Shown: positions 50,279 through 62,205, numbered from the whole stretch's first letter. The stretch: DNA of 63,062 bases, filler included, from Neoconidiobolus thromboides FSU 785 (GCA_025603075.1; 12 parts of 12 records of this genome joined end to end with filler, not necessarily neighbours in it); one strand, 5' to 3'. Notes: a model not told the origin generated them from the letters alone. Numbers and translations: made by a program.

Positions 50279-50685
50279 TTTTTTATTATTGGGCCTAATA
50301 AAATTTTACAATTTTTATGCTTTAATCATATTTTTTAATTATTACTTTCAAATATTGATCACTTTGTTAAAATGAAATCATTCTTATTCTCAAAGTATTA
50401 TAGAGAATTTTAAAAAAATCAAATATGAATCCCATAATTTAAGACAAGCAAATGAATTTAATGCAAGGTTTTGAAAATCAAAACAATAATTTTATAAAAT
50501 TAGAATAAATTAAACTAACATTAATAAAATATATATAAAAAATGGTAATTACAATACTCCAATAGTAGAATGAAAAACAATAGTAACGATCTACTTAAAA
50601 ATATAGTCATTATCTTTATTCGCCCGTCGTTTAACTCAACGTAGTAATCAAATTACCAAACTTAAGTAAGTTACTTTTTTCTAAA

Positions 50686-51426
50686 ATGTTGGGCTTTCAA
50701 TTTAGTTCAAAAACTAATCTTCGACTTAGCATTCAATCTATCAAAAAGGTGGCTTATTACAGTGATGTTGCCACCAAAAAAGTTGAAACACCTGGAGAGA
50801 AAACTGAAGTATCACCAAAGATCAATGAAATTGTAGATAAAATCGCCACTTTAAGTTTACTTGAAACCGCCGACTTAATTGAAGCTCTTAAAGTAAGCTA
50901 TTATTTCCTTTTTAAAGCCATATATACATTATCAAAATGAAGTTTAATTATTAATTCATTTTTTTAGTTAAAACTTAACATCAGTGAAATTGCTATGCCA
51001 TCAGCGTCAGCAGCTGCTCCAGCTGCCGCTGCCCCTGCTACTGAAGCCGCTGAAGTAAATTTTATTTGTATGTTATTTTCATGATATGTATTAACTGACA
51101 AACTTTTAAATAGGAAGAAAAACCAGCTGCTAAAAGTATTTTCACAGTTAAGCTTGAGAAATTCGATGCTGCTTCTAAAGCTAAAATCATTCGTGAAATT
51201 AAATCCATCTTACCTGGAGCTAACTTAGTAGAGGTAAGCTTATTCCTTTTTATTTTATAGAGAGAGTATTTATTGGTTTGTAACTTTTTATTAATTTTAA
51301 ATCTTTTAGGCCAAAAAATTTGTTGAATCAGCACCAAAAGTAATTAGAACCGATGTACCAAAAGAAGAAGCTGAAAAAATAAAGGCCACTTTAGAAGCTA
51401 TTGGTGCCACCATCGCTTTAGAATAA
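50686..51426 (+). CDS. MRPL12: Mitochondrial ribosomal protein bL12 (L7/L12)
   Basis: [25 protein letters not shown], an Ala-rich hinge, and [21 protein letters not shown]...[14 protein letters not shown]. Confidence 0.95.
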
Positions 51427-51644
51427 AGTATAGATTTTTACAATTAACTTAATCAGATGATTATTTTTGGATTCCACACACATTAAAAAAAATAACATAA
51501 TAACTTTTATAAAAAAATTTTAATCAGTTTTTTGTATGGAATTATGATTTTATGGTAATGCATTATAGTATAGCAAGTAATTAATATGACCAATAAGTTA
51601 GTTTCAATTATTTAATATTATTAAATTCTTATTTACAATAAAGA

Positions 51645-53055
51645 TTAAGGTTGAATAGTTTGAGGATAAAAGAAGAAAGCCATAGCAATGATACAATAAG
51701 CGGCAATTAAAGTGAGCCCTTCTAACCAGTTAGATTTACCATCCTATAAAATAAATATCATAAGTATAAATATATTTAGATAAATAATTAAAATAAACTT
51801 ACTTGAATTAAATAATTAACGATTAGTACTGTAATAAACAACACGGCTGTTTCAAAAGTATCAAAAAATAAAGTCATAGGTTGTCCAATAATCCAGCCCA
51901 AGATAACTAATACTGGAGTAACGAATAAAGCAATTTGCATAGAAGATCCTACTGCTACTCCTAAGCTGAGATCCATCTTATTTTTCATTGCTACTGTAAC
52001 CGCAGTCATGTGTTCTGATCATTATCGTTTTTAAAATCAAGAATATTAAAAATTAATAAAATGTTATTTACCTGCTGCATTACCAACAATAGGTACAAGA
52101 ATAATACCAACAAAAGTATCAGATAAACCTAACTGTTGTGTTAATCCTTCAATACTACCAACAAGATACTCAGCTGAGATAGACACGATGATAGTAATAC
52201 CAAGAAGGCTATACATTTAAAAGATAATAAGAATTTTTGATTGAATAAATCATATCTAAAAATTTACCAAACCAATGCTACACCGAGAGACATGTGGGCT
52301 TCTTCCTCATCATCATCTTCAGCCTCAAATAAATGGGTGTGGGTTTTTAATTGAAAGACCAAAAAAGCGACATACAAAATTAGCATAATAACTGCGGTAC
52401 CGTGGGATAAATTCATAATTCCTTTTGCAATTTCTTTTTCACTGCCCAAAACATTATGGAAAGCAGCTGGTACTAAAAGAGAAAGTACGCAGATACCTAA
52501 TAAAGAACTATTCGTTTGAGCAGCGGTAACATTAAAAGATTGCTCATCATGCTTTAATCCACCAAAGAAAAAGCAGAAACCAAGCACCTAAAAATAATTG
52601 ATTTTAATTCTATTTCTTCACATAAAAATAAAAACACAAGCACTTACAAGTAAAAGATTAGATAAAATAGAACCTAATAAAGAAGCCTGTACCACACGAA
52701 TAAGCCCCAATCTTAAAGCTAGTATAGAAACGATCAATTCTACAGCGTTACCAAATGTAGCGTTGACTAAACCTCCAATTGTTTGACCCATGTATTTAGC
52801 TACCTCTTCAGTTGCAGTACCAAGGAGACTCGCCAATGGTATAATTGCGAAAAAATTAAGAAAGAAGATGGCAGCGTTAGAAAGATGTAAAGAGCTTGCA
52901 ATTGCTCCTAAGGGTACAAACACCAATAATATATTGATGTAATTGGATAAAAAGAGATATTTTAGCTGCTTGATTATATTAAGATCAGGTGAAGCGCTAC
53001 CACCACCTTGCTCGATGCTGCTTAATAATCGGGTAGACTCGTTGAGATTTGACAT
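51645..53055 (-). CDS. VCX1: Ca2+/H+ antiporter (CAX/Vcx1), multi-exon
   Basis: [32 protein letters not shown] and [14 protein letters not shown] alpha-repeat motifs. Confidence 0.95.
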
Positions 53056-53829
53056 ATAAGTTTAAGTTTATTAAGATTAAAAGTGTAAGTTGTAGAAAAG
53101 AAAGGAATTTTGGGCTTATAAATTTGTTTGGAGTGATTTCATGTTCGACCTGATTTAGTAATTTTTCATGTCATGCATTTAATTTATTATAAATTTGAGA
53201 TTTTTAATCAGTTGAAAATGGGTGGCTTATGGAGAATTAAAAACTAGTTTTGAGTTTAAGAAAGGTTTGTCGCTTCTATTTATCGAATAACAAGAAAGGT
53301 TTGTCTCTCTTCAAAACTTTAGTTTAAAGTGTTTTGAAGAAGTTGCTATAACTATCAGAAAAATAAAAGCATTATTTTCAATGCTTATTTGAGAATTAAT
53401 AGTTTGTAGCTTTGAAACATGCTGGCTTCACCTCACTGAATGCTATCGAAAATAATCAGATAATTGGTATATAATCTTGTTATGAATACAATATCATCAC
53501 ATGTTCTGTAATGTCCTTAGAAATTCAATTTTCTATTTAAAAAACAAGAATTTTCTTTATTCTCAAAGAATTTTATAGAAAATTACCACACTTATTTATT
53601 ACTGCAATTATTTAACCATTTTGTACAAATATTAGAAAAAGTTATAAATCATATTATACGCTATAAAGATATATCTGTAGTTTGTTTTATTAAATATTAT
53701 TGTTCATTAAAAATGCATATAATGATTTATAGATATAAGCTCAAAAACAATAGCATAAACAATTTTATTTGTTCTAGTTACTACTACTCAAAAATACCCA
53801 CAATGACTTTACTATAACATTTGAGCTTA

Positions 53830-55074
53830 GGAAGTAAATCGCCAAAGTCTAATGAGTCATCAATTATAGACTTATCAATTTGAATTGAAAATGACTTTCT
53901 ATAAGAAATACCGGGTATTAATTCATTCTCATAATAATCAAAGTATCTCCCACCTATAAAATAACCACTTTAACGTCATTTAGAGAAAATAATATATTAA
54001 ATAAACTATTAGTTGATAAGTGAAATTGCTTAAATGTAACTTTTCTAATTGTGGTAGAGTATATATAGCAATCAAGATTTCCATGTGTTAACTATATACT
54101 TATTTTGTAAGACGATAAATAGCGTAATGGCTCAAAATAAACTCTTAAATGATACAGCTTAAATTATAAAGAGTTAATGTTTGAACGTTCTGTAATCACA
54201 GGATAATTTTAAAGGTGGATTCAAAAATATTAGTCCCATCAATACAACTTTCTTTTAAATACAAACCCTCTAAAAGTGACTACATTGTTAGGTGTATTGG
54301 TCTAATTATATAATTATAGATAAAATCATCTATATTTATAGATACCGATTTTATTTTAGAAATATCCTCTAAATAGTTCAAAGGAACTTTATTTACTGGA
54401 TTACCTTCTATCTTTAGTGTTTCAAGTGATTGAAAATTGGAATTATTATTGAGAGTTGAAGGTATTGAAAAAGCTTCACTAATAACTATTAGCTTCTTTA
54501 ATTCTTCAAATAACTCTTTCAACTTACCAAGTCCGTTTAAATTGGTTGAGATACATTTAATCTTTAATACTTTAAGCTTGTATGGATCAAGTAGATTGAC
54601 AAAATGGTCTAGATCAACTGGATCATTAACGCTAACTGTTAGCTTCTTAACCCGAGATAATAAAGCTATATGCTTAAACAAAATAGACTGTTGATTAATT
54701 GTAATGGTTAATATCATATTCTTCAAATAAGGTAGTTCTTGTGGTATTGAATTATTCAATATATCAATATCGGTCAATTATTTATGTTCAATATCCAAAA
54801 TTACAATGTCTAGACATAAAACTAAAAAGCTCAACTGATCACTTTTTATCTTCAAATATTGTACATTGTTACTACGATATTCATAGAAAGAATGTTGAAC
54901 ATATGAGTAAGTTGATGAACTCGAATAAACTGAATAACACAAATGATTAAAGATAAGCAAGTTGATTTGTTTAAACAATGCTTTGTTTAAAAATCTTAAA
55001 TCAAACAGTTGATCTGAAGGTAAGAAACTGAAGATAGTGTCAATGACAATATCAGATGAAGTATCTAGTTTTAA
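53830..55074 (-). pseudogene. F-box/LRR pseudogene, copy 2
   Basis: Reverse complement of 46102-46836 over 54340-55074, including the same TAA. Beyond that it is diverged but still homologous, with extra stops and a deletion, down to about 53830. Confidence 0.75.
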
Positions 55075-55174
55075 NNNNNNNNNNNNNNNNNNNNNNNNNN
55101 NNNNNNNNNNNNNNNNNNTTAATTAATTAANNNNNNNNNNNNNNNNNNNNNNNNNNNNNNNNNNNNNNNNNNNN

Positions 55175-56862
55175 TACTATGGCCATACCAGATCTCAAAT
55201 AAGGCAAATTCCATTCTTTAATATTAGTTCCTTCTACATGTAATGAACCAGAGTTCAAGTCATAGAATCGCTGAGCTAGTCCAATGACAGTAGATTTTCC
55301 AGAACCTGAGGCACCTACTAAAGCCACCTTCTTTCCAGCTAAAATGGAAAGATCTAAACCTTGAAGGATAGGAGCATCTGGACGAGTAGGATAAGAAAAC
55401 CTGGCATCTTTTAATTCTAAGTTACCCAACAATTTAGCTGGACGAGTACCATAATCTTCACTACAACTGATAGCTGGTTGACGATCTAACAATTCAAAGA
55501 GATCGATGGCTGCTACTTTTGACTTAACAAAGGTAGTTAGTTGAGAAGAAGATTGTCCTAAGGCAATACCAGTAAATAATACAGCAGTGATAACTTGGAA
55601 CATTTGTGTGAAATCATATTCACCAGAAGCAACTAAAGTAGTACCATACCAGAAAGCTAAAGCATTGATCAAGAAAGGAGAACCCATAGATAATGAATAA
55701 CCAAATGAGGCTTTAATGGCACCACTTAAGGCAGACTTATGGGCTACATTAACACGAGTAATATAGTCATCAAAGAATATATTTTCCTTTGTTAACCCAG
55801 CAATAGTACGAATGTTAACAATAGATTCACTAGCAATTTGAGATACTAATTCGTAACTCTTTTTGGTTTTAATACTTACATTAGTAAGTATACGCATCTG
55901 CAGTACATTGGCTAAAGCAATGACAGGTACACAGGCCAAAACAACTAAAGTTAACTTCCAACCATTAGCAAAAGCGATACCTAAACCAACGCACATAGTT
56001 GAAATAGCCATGATGATAGGGCCTGTTACTTTGGAAATCAAGCCTTGGATTTGTTCAGCCTCAGTAGAAAGTTTAGAAGACAGGATACCAACACTATTAA
56101 TTGGATTATCAAAATAAGCAATTTCTTGATTCAGTAAAGTTTTGAATGAATTTAAACGGATATCATAAGTTATGGATTCACCTACATGTTCTAAAGCCCC
56201 AATTCTTGCATTGATAGCAAAGAATGAGATAACGCCTAAAACAACAAACATTAAAGCCCAAAAGTTAGAATCACTAACACCAATATCGTGAAATCCAGGT
56301 TTCTTGATATCAATAAAAGATTTAGATACTCTAGTAAGGATCAAAGAATAAATAGGCATAATAGCGCCGTCAATTAAAGCACCAACCAATCCTAAAAATA
56401 CTAATCCTGCCCATGGAGTAGCCATTTTGAATACTCGAAGAATAGGTAATGGTTCTTTCTTTAATTTTTCTTCCCTTAATTTTTGGACATCTTTAATTGT
56501 ACTCTTACGAGTTATTGCTTTGATAATACCAGTATCTTCAATTTCACCTAATTCATTATCTTCACTACCATCAATATCAATGGCGATATCACCATGTTCG
56601 TTTTGTACTACTAAAGATTTCTTCTTAGTAACGGGTACTACATCCATTCCTTTATCACTACCATTATCCTTTTTATCCTCTGTACGAATCTTTTGAGATT
56701 CTACTAGTCCAGCATAGATACTACCTCTGTTTAATAATTCATCATGACTGCCTTCTTCTGCAATATGCCCATGATCAAATACTACAATTTTATCAGCATT
56801 TTTGATTGTTGATAAACGATGAGCAATTACAACCGTTGTACGGCTTTTAGATGCATTATCAA
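55175..56862 (-). CDS. ABCB/MDR (P-glycoprotein) transporter, internal fragment (end of NBD1, linker, TMD2, start of NBD2)
   Basis: [46 protein letters not shown] and Walker [10 protein letters not shown]. Confidence 0.95.
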
Positions 56863-57639
56863 NNNNNNNNNNNNNNNNNNNNNNNNNNNNNNNNNNNNNN
56901 NNNNNNTTAATTAATTAANNNNNNNNNNNNNNNNNNNNNNNNNNNNNNNNNNNNNNNNNNNNTATGGTAATAAAATACTAATTAAAATATTTAACCTTTT
57001 TCAATTTTATTTTTCAATTTAACATTTAACCTATCAACTTATTTTAATACTTTATCTATTAACTTTCTAGTTGAGGGATTTGTAGCATCTTAAAATGTAT
57101 CTCTTCTATAATCTAACAAGCTTCTACTAAGTATGATTTGGAGCTAGATAAACGAGCTAGAAATGATACCACTACAGAAAAAGTATGTAAAAAGACTTTT
57201 CCTGATTTGACTAAACTTTTAAAGAATTAGTTTAATTTATTTTAATAACGATAACTAGTAAGGTTATTATACATAAAAGCTTGCTCTTTTTATCGTATGA
57301 TGCAATATAATTAATTGTCATTTTTATAGTTTCCGCCTTATATATACTAGAAACTTGTCAAGCATATATAATGTTCTTTATTATAATATTAATAGTGTAT
57401 ACTGCCGATAAAGTACTAAATTTGATAAGTTAATGGGTGCGGCACAGATGTTTTGGCTAATATATTAAAGGTGCGTAATATATTACATAGAACTTTATTA
57501 CTATTCACAATTTGAATTTATAATTTCTTTTCTTTGTTCCACAATTGTCGAGCTTATTTAATAATTTAAAATATACAATAATTAGATTGGTCTTTTTAGA
57601 TGATGTAGCGTAAATTATTAGGTTTGTTATGGCTTAAAT

Positions 57640-58104
57640 AGCTAACTGATACATTGGTAGGAATTATAATACCAAAAGGAGTAATGATGTTTCGTTTTCT
57701 AATTCTTTATTCCTTTGCCATTTTTCCAATCTCCTCTCATTTACTTAAAATTCTTATCAGTTTTCGATCTCTATCCCACCACAACGTTTTCTGAAATTTT
57801 GATTTTGTTTTATTCTATATAAATTCCTTGATTATAGCAATACCCCATACTAAGATCTTTATTAATTAATTTCCATAATCTATAATCCTCTTTCCTGGAT
57901 TAAAACTTTGATATTTTTTCAACTACAATACAAACTTTGTTCGATAAAATCTGTTAAAAATGACTTTTCTACTCTTCAATATTCTATTTATTGGTGGTTC
58001 TAACCATACTGTGAAATCTGGTACTCAGTGTTTGGAGTCAAGAACAGCTATTGCTGGGTTGACTACACTATAAGTCGAAAGGTCTTAGTTTATATGACTA
58101 AGAT
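57640..58104 (-). mobile_element. Degenerate coding relic, possibly retrotransposon-derived
   Basis: A stop-interrupted frame VPDFTVWLEPPINRILKSRK...KILVWGIAIIKEFI*...LWWDRDRKLIRILSK* looks protein-like, but the family is not identified. Confidence 0.25.
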
Positions 58105-58289
58105 NNNNNNNNNNNNNNNNNNNNNNNNNNNNNNNNNNNNNNNNNNNNTTAATTAATTAANNNNNNNNNNNNNNNNNNNNNNNNNNNNNNNNNNNNNNNN
58201 NNNNTTTAACCGTTATATTGGACACAAACTTAAAATTTTAAATTTGGATTAATTTCTAAGTAGATTCTGAAACCAATTAGGACAGCCCC

Positions 58290-58395
58290 ATATGGAGATG
58301 TTTTTTTTAACTTCGCTACTTTTTTCGTCTTTTAAGCACTATTTGAATGGAAAGATTGTAGTAAAATTCTTAAACAAAAAAACACATCCCCATAT
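58290..58395 (-). mobile_element. MITE family copy inserted in the 3' end of an ORF
   Basis: ATATGGAGATGTTTT...TTAAGCACTATTTGAATGGAAAG...AAACACATCCCCATAT, abutting a second TIR end (ACAGCCCCATAT). Confidence 0.9.
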
Positions 58396-58829
58396 CGTAT
58401 AATAATTTTAATTTGCTCATCCTTAATTTTTTCTGTATTTTCAATAATAGGCTGTAAGATTAGTGTATTATTATTACCAATTACTTTTAAATGATCATAT
58501 TGATTTCTACTTATATTGGACTCAAAACTCTTACATTTATCAAAAGAATACAGTGAAAATATAGTTGATAATAATGCTACTTGTTGGTTTTTATCTGTTT
58601 CCCTTAAAGCACTAATTTTATATATTACTTGATTAAGTTTATTATTATCGATAGTAAACTTTGGTAATTTTTCTTTTCTTTTTTTGTTTTTTATAAAATC
58701 CCATAAACTTTGGTTGCTATGAACAGCATTAAATCGATGTAAATGAGTTACGTTATATAATGTGTTTTTCCCTACTATATCAAATTTTTTAAAAATTCCA
58801 TTTCGAAGTTTAACTATAGAAGCTTGCAT
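58332..58829 (-). CDS. Unknown multicopy-family ORF whose last ~21 codons derive from a MITE
   Basis: 165-aa ORF. Its 58683-58780 part is homologous to 60843-60940, and the C-terminus YGDVFFCLRILLQSFHSNSA* is MITE sequence. Confidence 0.5.
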   Translation of the reverse strand: MQASIVKLRNGIFKKFDIVGKNTLYNVTHLHRFNAVHSNQSLWDFIKNKKRKEKLPKFTIDNNKLNQVIYKISALRETDKNQQVALLSTIFSLYSFDKCKSFESNISRNQYDHLKVIGNNNTLILQPIIENTEKIKDEQIKIIIRYGDVFFCLRILLQSFHSNSA

Positions 58830-58951
58830 TTTGTTTCTATTTTAATAAAAAATAAATTTAAATAGTTACATAGCTACTAAGCATTTAACAAAAATAGGAC
58901 GATTAAAATAAGTCTTTTAAATTAAACTTTCATCATCTAATTTGACTAATC

Positions 58952-59055
58952 ATATGGGGCTGTTTTTTTGATTTCATAACTTTTTCCATTTTTTAAGCAC
59001 TATTTGAGCGGAAAAGTTGTTAGTAAATTCTTAAACACAAAAAGTATCCCCATAT
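58952..59055 (-). mobile_element. MITE family copy
   Basis: ATATGGGGCTGTTTTTTTG...AAGCACTATTTGAGCGGAAAA...AAGTATCCCCATAT. Confidence 0.92.
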
Positions 59056-59140
59056 ATTAAAGACCTACAAATTTAAAACTTTGGATTAATTTTTAATAAA
59101 ACTCTGAAACCAGTTTCAACATCCTCACCTAATCATAAAT

Positions 59141-59237
59141 TAAGGGGTATTTTTGGTTGCATCCCTTTTTACATTTTTCAAGTGCTATTTAAATGGAAAA
59201 ACTGCTAGTAATATTCTTGAAAAAATATATCCCCAAT
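59141..59237 (-). mobile_element. MITE family copy
   Basis: GGGGTATTTTTGG...AAGTGCTATTTAAATGGAAAA...ATATATCCCCA. Confidence 0.8.
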
Positions 59238-59444
59238 TTGGGATTGATTTAAAATTACGTGATGGTTGACACATTTTTGTCGATGGTCTTAAAAAAGTAT
59301 ATAAACAAAGCTCAATAATTCATTTTTAATTATATCTGTTTATANNNNNNNNNNNNNNNNNNNNNNNNNNNNNNNNNNNNNNNNNNNNTTAATTAATTAA
59401 NNNNNNNNNNNNNNNNNNNNNNNNNNNNNNNNNNNNNNNNNNNN

Positions 59445-60742
59445 CGTGAAAGACTTGTGAAGGCTTTGGACGAAATTGACGTCATGAAGGCAGATTTAGA
59501 TGATTGCTACGAAGCTTTAGAAGCTTTAAATGAAGAAGTAATCGAAAGAGATGCTCATATCACGGAATATCGTCAATATATCCTAACTCTTAAAGAAGAC
59601 ATTAACGAACTTCAAGAAGTACTTAGTTCACAACAAACTGAAGCTATAACTCTGAGATCAGAAACTGATAAGATGTTAGGCCTTAATCTCAGTCTTCAAA
59701 ACATGGTATTTAAGTCAAAAGCAAAGGCTGTTGATATGGAGCTTAAAAAAATTGAAGCTAATGAAGCATCAATTCATCTCAAATGTATTATCCCTTATCT
59801 TCCAAAATCTTTCTATGAAAATGAAACTGATTCGTTAAATTTCTTCCTTCAGCTTTTAAGGGTATATTCGAAAGTTGAATTATGTGGTCGACAAGTTTGT
59901 GCTTCACACCCAATTACTTCAATTGATACATTAATTGGTGGATCTGGAAATGATGTAATGTCCCTTAACACTATAGTCACACATAATTTCGAGTTCAAAC
60001 ATCGATTAAATCAACTCAATTTAATACTTAAATCATTTATTTCCCACGTAAAGTCTTGCTCTGTGCCTCAATACCTTTCTATTTCGCGTTTAAGCCAAGA
60101 TCTCACTAATATTGAAGGTACTGTTGATACGCTTTTAGATGAAGCCAAGCAAGAACTTTTAGTACCGTCCAACCATATGTCCAATATTGAAAAAGTTGTT
60201 GATAATGCAACTTATTTACGTGAATCTTATGTTACCCCAAATGCTACTCATCCTTTAGTAAAATCATCCCAAGCACTTGAAACATTGATTGCCCTTTTTA
60301 ACTCTCAAGATCTCATCCTATCTAAAATGGCATTAATCAATCGTTCAATCACCTCTCCTACTGAATTGGATCTATTTAGTAAAATCTCAGATGACGAAAG
60401 AACCTTAGTTAACTCTGATCTTTTACGTCCTTTGAATGAACTTATGAAAGTAATATTTAGCTTTAAATCTACTTTGGGTTCTATTCAACGCTTTATTGAT
60501 GAAAAAGTAGATGAGTCTACTATGATTCGATCAGAGTTACAAGATATTATTATTAGCCAATACCAAAACAACGAAAAGTTTGTTAAATATGCTTGTAAAG
60601 TATCATCCAGTATTATTTCTTATATCAAGGATACATCAATGAATGATGAAAATCTCACATTCGATGGTTTAAAACAAACTTTAATCAGAGCTTCTAAGGA
60701 ATCTGGATTTGAATCTGACTCTGAAGTGTTATTTGAGGAACA
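59445..60742 (+). CDS. DCTN1: Dynactin p150(Glued) subunit, internal fragment
   Basis: A coiled coil followed by KAVDMELKKIEANEASIHLKCIIPYLP...FLQLLRVYSKVEL, typical of the dynactin p150 domain. Confidence 0.8.
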
Positions 60743-60842
60743 NNNNNNNNNNNNNNNNNNNNNNNNNNNNNNNNNNNNNNNNNNNNTTAATTAATTAANN
60801 NNNNNNNNNNNNNNNNNNNNNNNNNNNNNNNNNNNNNNNNNN

Positions 60843-60940
60843 TGTTTTATTATAAAATTCCATAAACCTTGGGTTGTTGTAAGTAGCTTTTAAAATTGAT
60901 GCAAATGAATTATAATGTTTAGTTATATATCCGTTAAATA
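60843..60940 (-). pseudogene. Paralogous fragment of the 58332-58829 ORF
   Basis: TTTTATTATAAAATTCCATAAACCTTGGGTTG...AAATTGATGCAAATGA aligns with TTTTTTATAAAATCCCATAAACTTTGGTTG...AAATCGATGTAAATGA at 58683. Confidence 0.6.
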
Positions 60941-61095
60941 TTTAATAGAAACAACACAAAACATAGTTAATTTTTTAGCTATTTAAGAAAAGGAAACAAT
61001 TAAAGTTTTAAGTAAAGAGATTTAATTTCAAGCTTTTTAGATTTGATTTAACCATCAAATTCAAGACAAATTTAAAAATTTAATGGAATTAATTC

Positions 61096-61729
61096 TTAAC
61101 TAAATTCTGAAACAACCCGATTTGGACAATCCCGTACACAACCTGTAATTCCCCTTTTCTGGTTGTATTCTATTTTCTGATATTGGTGATAATATGATAA
61201 TATGGCTTTAATTAGAGTGTATGGAATATCTACAATGAATAGTAGTTGTAAGAAGACAGCTTTTAGCTCTATTTTGTGTTTCATTATCTTCTTTTGGTAA
61301 GTCAGGAAGTTATTAAGGTATGTTTTGCAATAGGTACTTGGTTTTTTGGGTTTGTTGCCTGGAGAGCTTAGTAGTATCCGTATCCTTGGAATATTAAACA
61401 ATGCTCATTATTCTAACTTTGAAATAGCCCCTCTGCTACTAAACCCTTCACTTGAAAATATATTATCAAATGAAGCAAAAGTTTGAATAACGTTTTTACC
61501 TACCACAAGTTTTGGTGAAAAATTTTAAATATTTTTAATTTACATCCAACCCATCCAAGTAACCAACGTTATTTTTTTGAATAAAAGGATTCAATAATGT
61601 ATTTGCCAAAATTACTGCTAGTAATGAATCCTTCAATCCCATAAATAAATATATATTTTGATAAAGATAAAAAAGGGAAATAAAAAGGAAACTATTCTTT
61701 TTTTCCCTTTTGTCGGTATGGAGAGACAA
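61096..61729 (-). mobile_element. Possible degenerate PIF/Harbinger/ISL2EU-type DDE transposase relic
   Basis: NNVGYLDG (cf. xCxGAIDG), then NVIQTFASFDNIF (cf. NxQxVxDxDxxF), then KPKKP...YLNNFLTYQKKIMKHKIELKAVF (cf. FNxxLSxxRxxIExxFGxLKxRF). The motifs are in the expected order but across stops and frameshifts. Confidence 0.35.
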
Positions 61730-61938
61730 ACCAGGAATCTTTTGCTATAATCAGCAAGTTATACTGATAATTTAATAGCCATTTATAAAAATAATTTATC
61801 TTATCTTTTTTCCCCTCCATCCATCTTCCCTCCAACATTAATACTGTAATTAGTATTATACATATTTAAATTGTTTTGACTATTTTGATATGAACTGTGA
61901 ACAACCTCATTTGACATCAAAATATATCTAGAGTACAC

Positions 61939-62045
61939 AATGGGGATATATTTTTAAGAATTTCCTAAATATCTTTCGATTCAAGTAAATAGTGTCGTTT
62001 AAAGGATGAAAAAAGTGATAAAGATTAAAAAAACATTCATCATAT
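61939..62045 (+). mobile_element. MITE family copy (degenerate)
   Basis: ATGGGGATATATTTTTAAGAATTTC...TTAAAGGATGAAAAAAGTG...AAACATTCATCATAT. Confidence 0.7.
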
Positions 62046-62096
62046 TTTGACAAATTTATAAATACAATTAAATTTTACCTATATACGTTTTCTAGA

Positions 62097-62205
62097 TCTG
62101 GAAATATTTTTTTGTGTTTAAGGATTTTTACTAACATTTTCCACTTATAATAGTGCTTAAAAAGATGGAAAAAAAAGTGAGAAGTCAAAAAAAACATCCC
62201 CATCT
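62097..62205 (+). mobile_element. MITE family copy
   Basis: TTTGTGTTTAAGGATTTTTACTAAC...AATAGTGCTTAAAAAGATGG...AAAACATCCCCAT. Confidence 0.85.

Noticed and set aside
566-56696. Short antisense or alternate-frame ORFs over known genes (e.g. 566, 13458, 16239, 16299, 27990, 28111, 29368, 31981, 32019, 41309, 46226, 46482, 48679, 51062, 52598, 54437, 54741, 55863, 56427)
   Set aside because: They overlap well-supported genes or pseudogenes in another frame or strand and have no motifs of their own.
7923-60842. Recurrent TTAATTAATTAA palindromes at 11 sites
   Set aside because: They are always centred in a 100-bp N block, so they are artificial contig linkers. ORF ends containing X runs are artefacts, and no gene-neighbourhood inference was made across them.
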